A stretch of 59,866 bases of DNA, counting the filler, from Bipalium vagum (Eukaryota), in the NCBI GenBank assembly GCA_037834085.1. It is 3 parts of 3 records of this genome, joined end to end, with 100 filler letters (N's around TTAATTAATTAA, not from the genome) between each part and the next. Parts side by side here need not be neighbours in the genome. Positions count along the whole stretch, not along the records: positions 27,984 to 43,598 come from JBBMKC010156041.1; positions 43,699 to 59,866 come from JBBMKC010123664.1; 1 more part is not named here. The stretch is one strand, 5' to 3'. How positions within the stretch are numbered: the stretch's first letter is position 1; each line of letters starts with the position of its first letter. Below the pieces are notes generated by a model that saw nothing but the letters and a program-made list of their open reading frames with translations, had not been told where the DNA came from and made no database searches. Both the position numbers and the translations under genes were made by a program. Below are positions 38,801 through 51,000 of the stretch, in pieces.

Positions 38801-39814
38801 AATAAAACCTTTCTTTAGTTCGCACCCCAAAATCAATTAAGACAATCACAATAAATTTCTGAAAAATCAATAAAACATTAAAAAATCAAATATCAATCAA
38901 ATGTCTGAATGTAAATGGAATAGAGGATTATTTCAAAATTTTAAATCACACTAAAGAATCGAGATTCAATTAAATCAAAACGTCGAAATGTCAATTCAAT
39001 AAAATAATAATAAGATATTTAAATTAAAGTTAAGATTAATACAAATAAAAGAAAAAAACAGTAAAAAAGATCCTCTCACTCAGAACCCTAACCAAAGTCA
39101 TCCTCTAGGTCTTGTTTGGTGGGTCCCATTGTAAAATCCTGTTGCACACATTTGACCAAAAATATTTATCCTGAAAAAAGGAAATCTTCGAATTTGTCGA
39201 GCTTCTTGAGAATAAATTCTTGGTCGCCTTCTTCTGCTTCTTCCAATAAAACGAATAATAAACTTCTCCTAGATTCCTTTTTGTCCAAAATCTTCTTTAA
39301 AATAATAACGAAAATAAATACTCTTCTTTCAATAAATAAATTATCTCGACTGCGAGATAATATTATAATAAATGATCATAAGTTTCCTTTAAAAGTGCAT
39401 CTTTCAATTTAAACTTAATTTTATTATTCCTTGATGATTCAGGGTTTGATTTCTAGTTTGTGCCTTTGACAAACCCAAAATTTTGGAGATTGGGTTCAAA
39501 GTTCTCCAGATATTTCTTCTGATTATTATCTGTTTTCTCCAATGAAATCTTCAATTCATGAAAATACGCACAAAAATTCTAAAGAACTCTTGGTTGACAT
39601 AAAAAATGGTTCAGGTCAAAATCGCCTAAATTCTTTTCAGATAGAATAAGACAACTTCTAAAATGTTGGCATAAATGCTTTAGAAGTAAGGGTAACCATT
39701 TTCAACATTTGGGAGGTAATGATGACAGTTAAACTGTGTTTTCCTTGTATTACATCAAATAATCGTCTTCACCAGTGGATTTGTGCCACAATCCTATAAT
39801 ATGACTAAAATACA

Positions 39815-40030
39815 TACAGGGTGCTTCATAATTAACATTTCATCTTTGTTCTTAAATATTTATTTTATTTGTTCTTTTTATTTAAATAAAGTCAAATTTC
39901 AAATAATTTACATTGTTCAATGAACATATATTTAATCCGCAACCATGTAATGTCAATAAAGTCATTCATTCTCTAATTCTGTTGTAAATATAAGAAAAAA
40001 AATAGTATGTTAATTATGAAAAAAGCTTTA
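39815..40030. mobile_element. Short Tc1-derived MITE
   Basis: Inverted ends TA CAGGGTGCTTCATAATTAACA and TGTTAATTATGAA. Confidence 0.45.
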
Positions 40031-40460
40031 CGTTACAATTTTTTATCCTTTTAGTTTTTCAGATTTAGACTAAATCTTTTCGACCAGAGAAATGAAAATT
40101 AGTTTAATAATTTTTTAGAATATACATGACTAAAAGGAAACTAACAAAGAGTTATCGTTCATTTTTGTGACAGATAAACCCGAACTTTATTTATTCTTAA
40201 GCCACATATAACACTTATTAAAGGAAAATATTAAAAGAACACTAAAAATTAGACCAGAACTCAATCTGTAAATGTGTTATTTTTAAATACAATATATTGC
40301 AACTTAATTTAAAAAGATTTTTTTATTTATATCTCAATCGCTTATTATACAAATTGTCCAAACATTAAAACAATTTTTGATCTAAAAATTATTAAATCAA
40401 GTTAACTATGACTAAAAAAAATTGTTACTGTAAGGATTCAATTAAAAACGGAAAAATAAT

Positions 40461-42197
40461 TTATTTGATGTCTAAAACAACTTCTGAATCTTCGGTATCT
40501 GAAACGTATTTTGGCTCACCTGTGTAATGCGTGGGTTCTAATAACAGCGGTTCTGAGGAGACGGCTACCAAATTCCGAGGTGAAAAATGAATTTTCCAAT
40601 CATTTTGAGGATGACGATCAAACATAATAGGCAAAAATTCATCGACTGCAATTAGCTTAGATAGAGGATCCTGATCTAATAATTTTCTTGCTCCTCTATT
40701 ATTAATAATATAACTCAGTGTCCAATATGTATAATCTGGATAAACTAGATGAGATTTTTCTGATATGTATATTTCTTTATTAGACATTTTTTTCCGACCT
40801 AAATAAAGAAGTTCCCAATCAGGTTTCAAAGTCTCGATCTCATTCATTATAATGTCTAAGCTTCTTCGAAAACCAGGTCCAAATCTTATATCGTCCTCAA
40901 ATATTAAAACCTTTTCATAATTTTTTTCCACCATTTCTTTCCATATAAAGTAATGACTCAGAAAACAGCCTATTTCTCCCATTTTCAAATCTCTTTTATG
41001 ATACGGATCGTAATATCCAGTAAGCTGTTTTACATTAAGCGAGTTTAAATAAGTTTTATTAAGTTGCTTTCCATCAACGGCTTCAAAATGTTTCGCGTCA
41101 ATTCCAAGTTGATCAAAAAGATATTCCATCTTGATTCGTCGATCTGGTCGTCTCTGAAGATTGATTAAATATATTTCATCAAATCCATATTTAGATTTCT
41201 CCGGCAGGTTTTCTGATAGGTGAATCGATGGTTTTAAAAAAAACATTTCTTCACCGTCTTCTCGATCCAACATTATCTGGAGTTTGGCATGATTAAAAAC
41301 TTCGACTTCCATAGCTAACCCATTCTTTTCAGTAGGACTAATAAAATATCCATACGACTTAGAATTATCAATATATATAGAGGCATTATTATTTTTTGCT
41401 GATTTTGCAAAAAATATTATGTCATCAAAGGGATAACTATTATTATCTGGTGGTAAGAAGGTTAGATTCAATGTAGACAAAAGGTCAAGATTGACAAGAT
41501 ATACTGTATGTACCATAGGAACTTGAAAAACTCCTTTCTTTTGTCTACGTAGAATTTCAAAATAATCTTCTGATCTTTTATAATAACCTTCTTCTGTCAA
41601 ATCTCCCCAAAAGTTTGAATACGAATCGGAATTTGTACAGTTCAATAATGGTGATACAATCGGAACGCTGTTGGCCATCAAATGTTGTAAAATATCTTCA
41701 TCAGTCACCATAACGTCAACATCAATCATAAATAAATAATTGGCCCAAGCCTTTCGAGCTGATACCAAAGCTTCGTTCCTTAATTCAATAATATTCTTGT
41801 ATCTTAATTTTGACCACTCTGATGTGCTATCTTCATCCTCATATCTTTCCTGTTCATTGGAAATTTTGTAATCAACATGATGATAAAATGACTCCATTTT
41901 TGATAACCATTCACTCATGATACTCGAGCTGTTGTCTTCTGAATGATCGATTCTAATGTAAAGACCAATATTAGTTTTCGGATAATTGAGTCTTTCTAAA
42001 TTCCCGAGAAAATATGGAAGAGTGTGAGCTTTATTGCGAATTAAAAGAGCAATTTGAACTTTTGGCAATAAATGATTAGCAAAATCATTTGACACCCCAT
42101 CCTCAGATATGATATCGCCACTGATTGTGGAAAACAAATTTATAAAAACCAATAGAATAACCTTTTGATTTAAAAATAATCTTCGAAAAACTTTCAT
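40461..42197 (-). CDS. COLGALT1: Procollagen galactosyltransferase / glycosyltransferase family 25 member (578 aa, intronless)
   Basis: Signal sequence, RNKAHTLPYFL, YSNFWG..GYYKR, VPMVHT.YL, FDDII.FA, GFDEIYLINL.RRPDRR, GEIGCFLSHY.IW, FEDDIRF, YWTLSY, VDEFLPIMF and YVSDTEDS. Confidence 0.95.
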   Translation of the reverse strand: MKVFRRLFLNQKVILLVFINLFSTISGDIISEDGVSNDFANHLLPKVQIALLIRNKAHTLPYFLGNLERLNYPKTNIGLYIRIDHSEDNSSSIMSEWLSKMESFYHHVDYKISNEQERYEDEDSTSEWSKLRYKNIIELRNEALVSARKAWANYLFMIDVDVMVTDEDILQHLMANSVPIVSPLLNCTNSDSYSNFWGDLTEEGYYKRSEDYFEILRRQKKGVFQVPMVHTVYLVNLDLLSTLNLTFLPPDNNSYPFDDIIFFAKSAKNNNASIYIDNSKSYGYFISPTEKNGLAMEVEVFNHAKLQIMLDREDGEEMFFLKPSIHLSENLPEKSKYGFDEIYLINLQRRPDRRIKMEYLFDQLGIDAKHFEAVDGKQLNKTYLNSLNVKQLTGYYDPYHKRDLKMGEIGCFLSHYFIWKEMVEKNYEKVLIFEDDIRFGPGFRRSLDIIMNEIETLKPDWELLYLGRKKMSNKEIYISEKSHLVYPDYTYWTLSYIINNRGARKLLDQDPLSKLIAVDEFLPIMFDRHPQNDWKIHFSPRNLVAVSSEPLLLEPTHYTGEPKYVSDTEDSEVVLDIK

Positions 42198-42987
42198 TGT
42201 TCAAGATTCGGAATCGATTGGTATATATATGTACAATTGATATGATTTGTTTGCGATTTGATAAAAAAAAGAAACTTATAATGATGGAAAGGTAGAGTGA
42301 AATATATAAATAGTGAAAATTATCATGTTGATGACGTAAAAGATTCGATTCGATATTTTAAAAGTGGGATTAGGGAAATATAAGTATTTTGATTCTCATA
42401 TATCGCACACAAACACAAATGTTAGATTCATCTCGCACGAAAATTATGTTAAAGATTGTATGTCTGACATGCACACAGGCACAAATAAATCTGTTTACAT
42501 AATAGTAATATTAAAGTCAATTACAATTATCATTATTTTATGATTCAACTTAATTTGGTAATTAAATGACTAACCATACTTTAATACATAATACCGGGAT
42601 AAATATGAATAAATTTGACTCACGAAGGGGTTATTTAAATAAAATCCTTATGTACTGCCAAACTTCAAAATATCGATATTTATTTACAGTCTGAGCTTAA
42701 CTATGACAATTTTAATTTTTTATATTAAATTTTTTTTCTTTTAAAATATTTTCGTTATCAATTTTTGTGGTGAATTTTGTAAATTTTATTGAAATATTTT
42801 TTTTATTAACGGAAAATCAAAATCGTAATAAACTATTAGTTAAATAATAAAAATGTTTTTATGCTAATGTTATTTCTTGCATTTCGTGCATGGTATATTT
42901 AGTTCTTATTTTAAAAATTTATTAATTATATATGCATTATCTTCTTTAAAAAACTAAGTGCAAATTTCTAATTAATTTATAATTTTT

Positions 42988-43057
42988 AACCAATCATCTT
43001 ACAGCGAATTATCAAATATTCTGCCAATTAGCGAGAAAAGGAGATTTTCATGTGACC
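42988..43057. promoter_or_regulatory. Candidate promoter cluster: two CCAAT boxes and a USF/TFE-type E-box
   Basis: AACCAATCA at 42988, GCCAAT at 43023 and TCATGTGACC at 43048-43057, about 0.8 kb upstream of the COLGALT ATG. Confidence 0.3.
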
Positions 43058-43524
43058 ATTCTAATAAACTAAAAACGATAAAATCTTCTCTCACTATTTA
43101 TTGTTCTTTAAAGCTGTTTCATTTATCTTTTATTTTTTGAATTAAGTGTTGTTTATAGTTAATTTTTGATATAATAAGGATAGTGCTTGTGTTATATTTA
43201 ATGAATATAAGGTTTAAAACATCAATCATATTCATATTTCCTTCTCTTTAATTTTTATGTGAGAGAGCAGTATTATAAATATATAATTTAAAATATCTAA
43301 GAAAATTTGGACTGTTTTGGTGTGTGATTAGTATTGTTAAATTTCTCAAAACGGTGGAGGTAATTATCTACAAATCGAACGAAAACTTGATGTTTAGAAT
43401 ATATTTTTAAAAAAAATTGTGTTCATTTTAAAATTGTTGATTTTACGCAGGACGTCACCCGAGTATGGTTAATTATGTAAGCCAATAGAAAGGGTCCGAA
43501 TAGTAATAACAAAATTAATACGAA

Positions 43525-43525
43525 C

Positions 43526-43598
<73 letters not shown>
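43525..43598. repeat. (AAT)n microsatellite running into an assembly gap
   Basis: Pure AAT repeats. Confidence 0.95.
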
Positions 43599-43698
43599 NN
43601 NNNNNNNNNNNNNNNNNNNNNNNNNNNNNNNNNNNNNNNNNNTTAATTAATTAANNNNNNNNNNNNNNNNNNNNNNNNNNNNNNNNNNNNNNNNNNNN
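43599..43698. other. Assembly gap with artificial TTAATTAATTAA linker
   Basis: N-runs flanking TTAATTAATTAA. Confidence 0.95.
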
Positions 43699-46687
43699 CA
43701 TAACATTTGATTTATTCTTTGTAATTATATTTGTGTCGTATTCAGAATTGATAGTGTAAGGGTTGTGGAACATTTGAGACATTTTATTGTGATCCTAGAC
43801 TTGTGCATTATCTTTTTAAATTTCATTGTATTGTATTTTGGTGTTGTATAAATACAAGTGTTGCTTTACTGATTGTTTTGATTTGCACCACCTAAGATTT
43901 TAGAGTCAGGTTTAAATCTGATACACTAAATATTGAACAATACAACTAGAATATAAACTATTAGCATCATAATATTTTAAAAATCTTTCTTTAAAATTAG
44001 AACCAAAATATTAGAGAAACAAGAATTGTTAAAATTCGTTATAGTTTCATTCCATTCATATTTAGACGGTTCAGAAGAATAATCAAAATCTTTATTTGTT
44101 ATTTTATTGTTTAATTTAATATATCTATTTTTATGTACTGGGGAAATTTCACTTCTTACTCCTTTTTAAATTAATAATAAAAGATCATATGTATTTTCTT
44201 AAAAATATTTTTATTTTACATTTTTAAATTTTAATTCTATATTCCAACTTAAACCTGGAGCTGAATAACAATAAAAATAATCTATGTCATAGTATTTTCT
44301 CTAAAATTTTCAAAAATATCTTCTAAAATTAAAACATCTAATTTCAAATAATAAAACACATACTGTTTAAAATGATTAAAATTCTTTTATTCATTCATTT
44401 TCAGTTATAAAACCATTTATTTTATTATTAAAATCATTTATCTTAAAGTTTATATTTGATATTAGTTTATCAACTTCATTATAATTAGAACCTTTAATAT
44501 AATCATAAGGATAATATAATCATAGGTTTTAATTCAAACGATTTTAAAATTGAAAATTTATAAGATTTTAATAAAGTTTCTCCAATAGCTTTAACAGAAA
44601 TATTGGAGCACATTCTTAAAGAATCTAAAAATCTTATATTCTTAAAACTAAGACTTATATAATCTTCATCTGAATGTGGAATTATTCTTTTCGTATAACG
44701 GTCGCAGCAGATCGGATCGAAACTGGCAATTAAGCAGAACGAGTAAAGTTTTAGACCATTCTTTAAATTGTGTTGCCCAAAAAGGTAAAGTTAACGCTGA
44801 AGATTTTCGAGTAATTATGAATAATTTTGATAATTACGATGCACGGAAGGTATGCAAATCGTTATTAATAAAAGAGCGGTAACCACAGATCAACATTCAA
44901 ACAGGAGAAGGTAAAGGCCAATGGATTGTTGATGTATTCTCGGATTAATTAAAAATATTATTTTAAAAGAGTATTTTAAAAACTATTTTTTAAAAGGTTT
45001 TAAAAAAGAGAAAATAATAATAATTTCGACCATTCAGAATTTGGCAAAATATTTGAATTAAAAATTAGACCGTCGTTTAGGTAATAAAAGTACATAATTA
45101 TAAATGTTTAGAAAAAAATTGTTCAAAATTATTGAAATGCGTTTTATTAAAAAATAAATTGATGATGTTCACAAGATTAAAAAAATATGTATATATAAAA
45201 TAAATAGATAAAATAAAATAACTGCTGCTTTTGAAAAAAGATTTACTGTTTTATTCATGTATTGTACGAGTTACTAATTTAATTTTTTTTTGAAAACATA
45301 ATAATAATAACTGATTTCTGAAGCATAGAAATAAATAATTAATAATCAAAAAATTTAAAGATAAATATAATGAAAATAAATTGTAAATTATTTTAAAAAT
45401 ATTTTTCTGTTATTAAAATTAAAAAACTAATTAAAAAATTGTTTCTTTAATTGAATAAAAATTTATTTACTCTTACATACCCATTTCGCAAAAATTAAAA
45501 TTGACACATGGAAATCGAAAATGGTTAGCGTTTGACTTTAATCAATATCTTTTTAAATATGTAGATGGAGTATAAGTTTCACATTGAAAATTATCGTTAC
45601 TTATTTATCTTATAAAAGTTTATTAGGAATATTAACAAAAATATTCGAAATTTTATTTAAAAATTTAATTTTTTTTGTTATTTAATTTTTAATTTTTCTC
45701 AATAAATAAGTTGTTAAAATCTATTTTTTATAGTGCCGAGTTAATAAATTGATTTATATTATTAGTCAAATAATCAATGATTTAAAATTTGCGCATTAAA
45801 ACTTTTTATCGTGATTGATTTGAAATATTTTTCGTTCAATTTACAAATGGTTTTCCAATTTAGAAAGTTTATACGAAAAAAATTAAAATATTATTTTTAG
45901 TTGCGGTAAGTACGCTTGTGAAATACAAGTATAGCAGACTTAGTGAAATATGATAAAAGCTTGAAGTCAAAAATAAAACTAATCTGCAATTATGAGACAC
46001 TTTATTTTATTTTTGTTTAATTGATTATTATTTTACATATTAAAAACTATTAAGCAAATAAACTGGCGATAGAGTTTTGTCATTGAAGTCATGTCATAAA
46101 AGTTACTTGGGTTGTTAGTTTTGAATTTAACATGGTCATTTGGTATGTGTAAAGTCATTAAGGCCAGGTCGAGTGAATTAATTGATTTTGCATTGTTTTT
46201 TAATTGGTTTAAGTTAAAATGACATTTTGTAGGTTTTTAATTCCAGGTCATTGAATTTGCATAGAAATGTTATATTCCTCAGAGTATTAAAGGAATCCAA
46301 ATTAAGTTTTATTCTTTTCAAATTTTTGGAAACCTGTATGTCTTTTACAGAAATTCTTGAAATTCCAGGGATCTTTTCTCTAAAAGTTAAACATTTCTAA
46401 TTAGCTAGAATGATGAATTGAGATTTCATTACAATCTTTCAACTCAGAACTTATCGAAAAACATAATTCTGATTTACCAGATGAAATATTTAAAATAAAA
46501 CTTAATATTTAAAATAAAACTTTTTTATAATTTTACAAAAAAGGAGAAGAGATTACATTTTTCTTAACTTTTTTTTATTAGAAAAACTGTTAAAGTCTTA
46601 TATGAAATAAGTAGTAAAAGAACATTTTAATTAAATCAAATAAAATTTTAATTAAAAATAGAAATGAGCGTTTTAATCAATTTATGT

Positions 46688-47897
46688 ACTGGTATGATTC
46701 CGGCTTTTTAAAAATAAAAAATGACATTTTTAAAAGTTTTATTTAATAACATTTAATCAAAATATTTTCTATGCACAGATATGAAATTGAACCATCTTTT
46801 AAGAAACGAATGGATTCCAAGAAAAAATTCTGGTTCTTTTGAAGAAATCTAGCTATCAATCCATTTCTGAAGGTCTTCGTCGGAACTGAACTGCTTCTCA
46901 GAAAGTGGGGATCGCATCGAGAGGAACAAATGAAAATCTGAAGGAGCAAATAAAAATCTGAAGGAGCAATATCTGGTGAATATAGCGGGTGATGTAAGAC
47001 TTCCCAGCTTGCATCTTCTAAATAGTTATTTACAATAGAATGAACATGCGGCCTGGCGTTATCGTGTAGTAAAATTATTTTATCATGCCTGTCCATCCAT
47101 TATGAGTTTTTCCATTTTAGAACTCGCTTCAAACGAATTAATTGTGAACGATGACGTTCACCAGTCATCGTTTCTGATGGTTTCAGCAGTTCATAATAAA
47201 TCATACCTTTTTGATCTAACTAGTTACACAACATCACTTTAGACCTATGGATATTCTGTTGTCATATCGAATCTATCTCTCGCTCCTGTCACAATCCAGA
47301 ATAACTTTTTCTTTCTTGCCTCTGAAGATATATATCACAAATTGGAAGTCGGCTTTCAATATATCTTCCCTTCAATCTATGTGAGACCCATTTTTCTAAT
47401 TTTCTAATCCTTCCTATACTTCTCAAACGTTTGGAAATGAATCCTTGGTTCATATTTAAGACAATGGACAGTCGGTTTGCGTTTGACATGGTTTTTGTAA
47501 TTGTACCATTTCTTCATGTTCAAAAACTTTTTGTGGTCTACCATGCTCTTTGTCCATGATGTCGTAATCTTCATTCTTGAATCGGTAAAACCATTCTTTG
47601 CATGTTGTAGCGGAAGGAGTTTATTTGTCGTAAAGTTATACCAACAAATGGTGTGTTTCTGCACAGGTTTTATTTGCAAAAAACTAATGCAACAATACTT
47701 TCTCCAAGTGAGATTTATTTGGAACAAAATTGTTTATTTTGAATTTCTGTATTATTTAAGCAATATCTACACAAATAAAGTTGTTTTTATTGAATTATTG
47801 ATATATGATCTTACAAATAATATTTGATAGCAATTTTATTTATTCATTGAACCACAATTTTTAACTCATTTTTGTAAAAGCCGGAATCATACTAATA
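46688..47897 (-). mobile_element. Near full-length decayed mariner element
   Basis: TIRs GTATGATTCCGGCTTTT and AAAAGCCGGAATCATAC. Motifs KWVSHRL, LLHDNARPH and LHHPLYSPDIAPSDFYL. Confidence 0.9.
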
Positions 47898-48043
47898 TAT
47901 TTTATGAAAAATAGATTTTCACAGCCATTACCAAACGTTAATTGAAGAAATTATTCTATAAAAGAAAAAAAGTATAATAATGTAAAAATGTAAATTGTAA
48001 TTGTAATTGTAACGTATAATATATTTTTTATTTTATTTTTTAG

Positions 48044-51000
48044 ATATAGCACAAAAAAAGATTGATGATCTCATTAATGTTTCTGAGAGACAAACTAAGG
48101 AAATTGATGAATTAAAATTTCTAATAACTGATTGTTTGTCAAGAATAGGTGTTCTTGAAGCTGAACTGAAGACTACAAAAGAAAAAACCCCAGTCACTCC
48201 GAATGCTATAAAATTATCTTCAGTTAAAGGTAGCTCTTTGATTTTAATTGTATTCTTATTCCAATTTTCATTAATATAGCAAAGGATGCTCAAGTAAGAA
48301 AATCTTTAACTAGTCCTAGAACAACAATAAAAACTAATAGAATGCCTGGGACACCTACTCGTCGTAGTACAACTGACTTGGCTAAGTAATATATATCATT
48401 TTATTTAATTATTCATTATTATTTTTTTTATTCATGTTATCATTTTTATTATTTATATTTATGAAAGATGAATTTTCAAACTTAATAAAGTATTTCAAAT
48501 TTTTATTATTTTCACTCTGTTTTAATTAAAATTATTGAAAATATTTTAAAGATGTAAATATCCTAAAAGATGATAGTCTGTAGGAAAAATATCAAAATAA
48601 TATGGTGGATGTGTAAGAATTTCCATTGTAATGCTTCAATTTTCTCACAATTGAGTTTTGCGACATGCAGTCTTGTATTATCATTTAACAATATCATTTT
48701 ATTTCTATTGATTAGACATAGTTTTCACTGAAGCCACAAATCTTTTACTTTATCAAGTTGCTTAACATACAAACAAACATTAACGGTTTCACTCTTGTCG
48801 AGAAACTTGTATTGAATTATACTGGTTGCATTCCACCATACGCAAAGTATGATCTTCGAAATATGATTAGTTGTTTTTGGGGTGTATGATATGGGATTTT
48901 TGGTGACAATCAATGATGAATTAGCTTCTTATTAATGAAGTAAGCCCATTTTTCATCACAGGTAACCAAGAAGTTAAAAAAAATGATGTTACACCATGTC
49001 ATGAAAGATGAAATGAGTATAGTGTTAGTCTGTGAAGCTACTTCTCCTTTTTTAATAAATGTGGGATCCACTTGGTCAGTTTCCACAATTCTCCAATTGC
49101 ATCTAAATGTGTGCGAAATGTTTCGTCATTTACAATTTTTAAAATTAATTAATTTAAAGTCAGTCCACTTCTATAAAATAATTATTTTTCATTCTTTAAA
49201 GAAGAATATATTGTAATGAAGATGGCAAAGGAAAAAACCCTCGTAATCTATGTAAATGATAAGTTTCTTGAATAATATTATAAGGAAGAAATAACAATAA
49301 ACTAAGTCTTTATTTTTATTATTGGTTATTAATAGTACAAGTACTATTATTATTGAATACAATAATAAATATTGTTTTATTGAAGGGAAAATATTTTATC
49401 AATTTCCTATGACTAGTCAACGGATAAGATAACAGAGTTTCTAGAAGTCGAAGGCTTTGAAAGAGGAAATTGAGAAGGCTATTTTACATTAAAATAAAAT
49501 CTATGCGAAGTAAATATTTTTAATCTACTTGTTGAATAAAATTGTCTGAATAGCCTACTGATATTATAAATAATGTTATATTGATTTTTATACTACTTGG
49601 AACAAATAAAAAACAAATAGGTCACAGCAAAAAGATCAATTTTTTCAAGACATTATAATAACAAGTTATTTTATGAATATTACTGTTTTATGAAATCACG
49701 TTTAGTTATTGTCTAGAGCACCATTGAGATTTCTTGTAAATCTATTAATAAGCATTTCTTCGTTTATATTTCAAATTTTGTTTAAATATTATCTAATATT
49801 ATTATTTTACTTCAGTATCTACTTTAGATTATCAATGTTCTTAGTAATTTTTGATAATAGTTATTATGCTTATTCAATAATTTATTATGATTTTATTAAT
49901 TTAAATAAAAATAAATAAATAAATAAATATTTCATATACAAAATAATTGAAAGTAAACTTCAAAATACATTAAATTTTTATTAAAATGGAGTTATGTCAC
50001 CATTAGCAAATAAAACAGATTTTATTTGTCTTAGTAAAATTCGTGTAAATGTTGAATACGTCGAAGTGTAATATTTCTACAGTTTCTGCAACTGACACAA
50101 TAGTTCTATGATATTCAGATTAGATTATTGTAAAGGCTAAGGGAGATGCTATAATGCAAATTGATAGTCTTTAAACCAATCTTTAATGCGCTTGGCTTTA
50201 TGGATGAGAGAAATTTCATGAAATACTGCATTACTGTTAGGAAGTGAATATTTTTTCATAAGACGGACATTTTTTAAACATATCTCTGTAGTCAAATATC
50301 GATCCAGCAGATAAGTAAAAGATTTTAGCCCAGAATATCACAATTTCTCCTCCATTCTTGACAGTTGGAAGGGGACAATCAGGGTGTTTCGTTTCATATG
50401 AATTTCTCCAATCATAAAGACATCCAGTAGTATGAGATAAATCTGACCAAATGAAGTGCTTCCAGTCATTTTGTATATATGTAATATGATCAAAATACCA
50501 CTGTTCTCGTATTTTTGACTGATGGTCAGAAAATAGAGGATTAAGTTTGCTACGCGACCTTAGATGTTGGACTTATAAAGCTCTCATCTAATTGTTTTTA
50601 GATAGGCAAAGAATTCTGCTGTCACTTTGGCTGATGTTGTTTTTAAGATTTTTCTCAAAATCCGCTTTAAAGTTCGTCGATCTTTTTCAATTTGTATAGA
50701 GTTACAACTATTGTTGGATTTAACAAATGAGATCTTTCCTTGATTTATGAATGTACTCACAACCTTTGACAATGTAGCTCTCGACACATCTAACATACTG
50801 CATACCTCTGTTACAGAAGTCCCAGCTCACGTATTTCAACAGTCATACCTCTTTGAAAATAGGAAATATCTTTTATTTTACAATCTAAAATTGTGCAAAA
50901 TTACATGGTTTATGTACATTATATTAGATAGAAATAAAATTGAATTCCCTTTATCAATACGCCGCAATTTATTGGACATGGATGTAGAAAATTAAAATAT

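Larger units (their letters stand above)
34930..39790 (-). mobile_element. Decayed, internally deleted LTR-retroelement-like element carrying an env-like glycoprotein and an exonuclease ORF
   Basis: Minus-strand order: LTR-like 39790-39130 (TGT...ACA), ACA-A-TGG PBS-like junction at 39128, leader, gag-like stub from ATG 38800, glycoprotein, second ORF. GC content is higher than the flanks. No RT/IN and no matching second LTR were seen. Confidence 0.6.
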
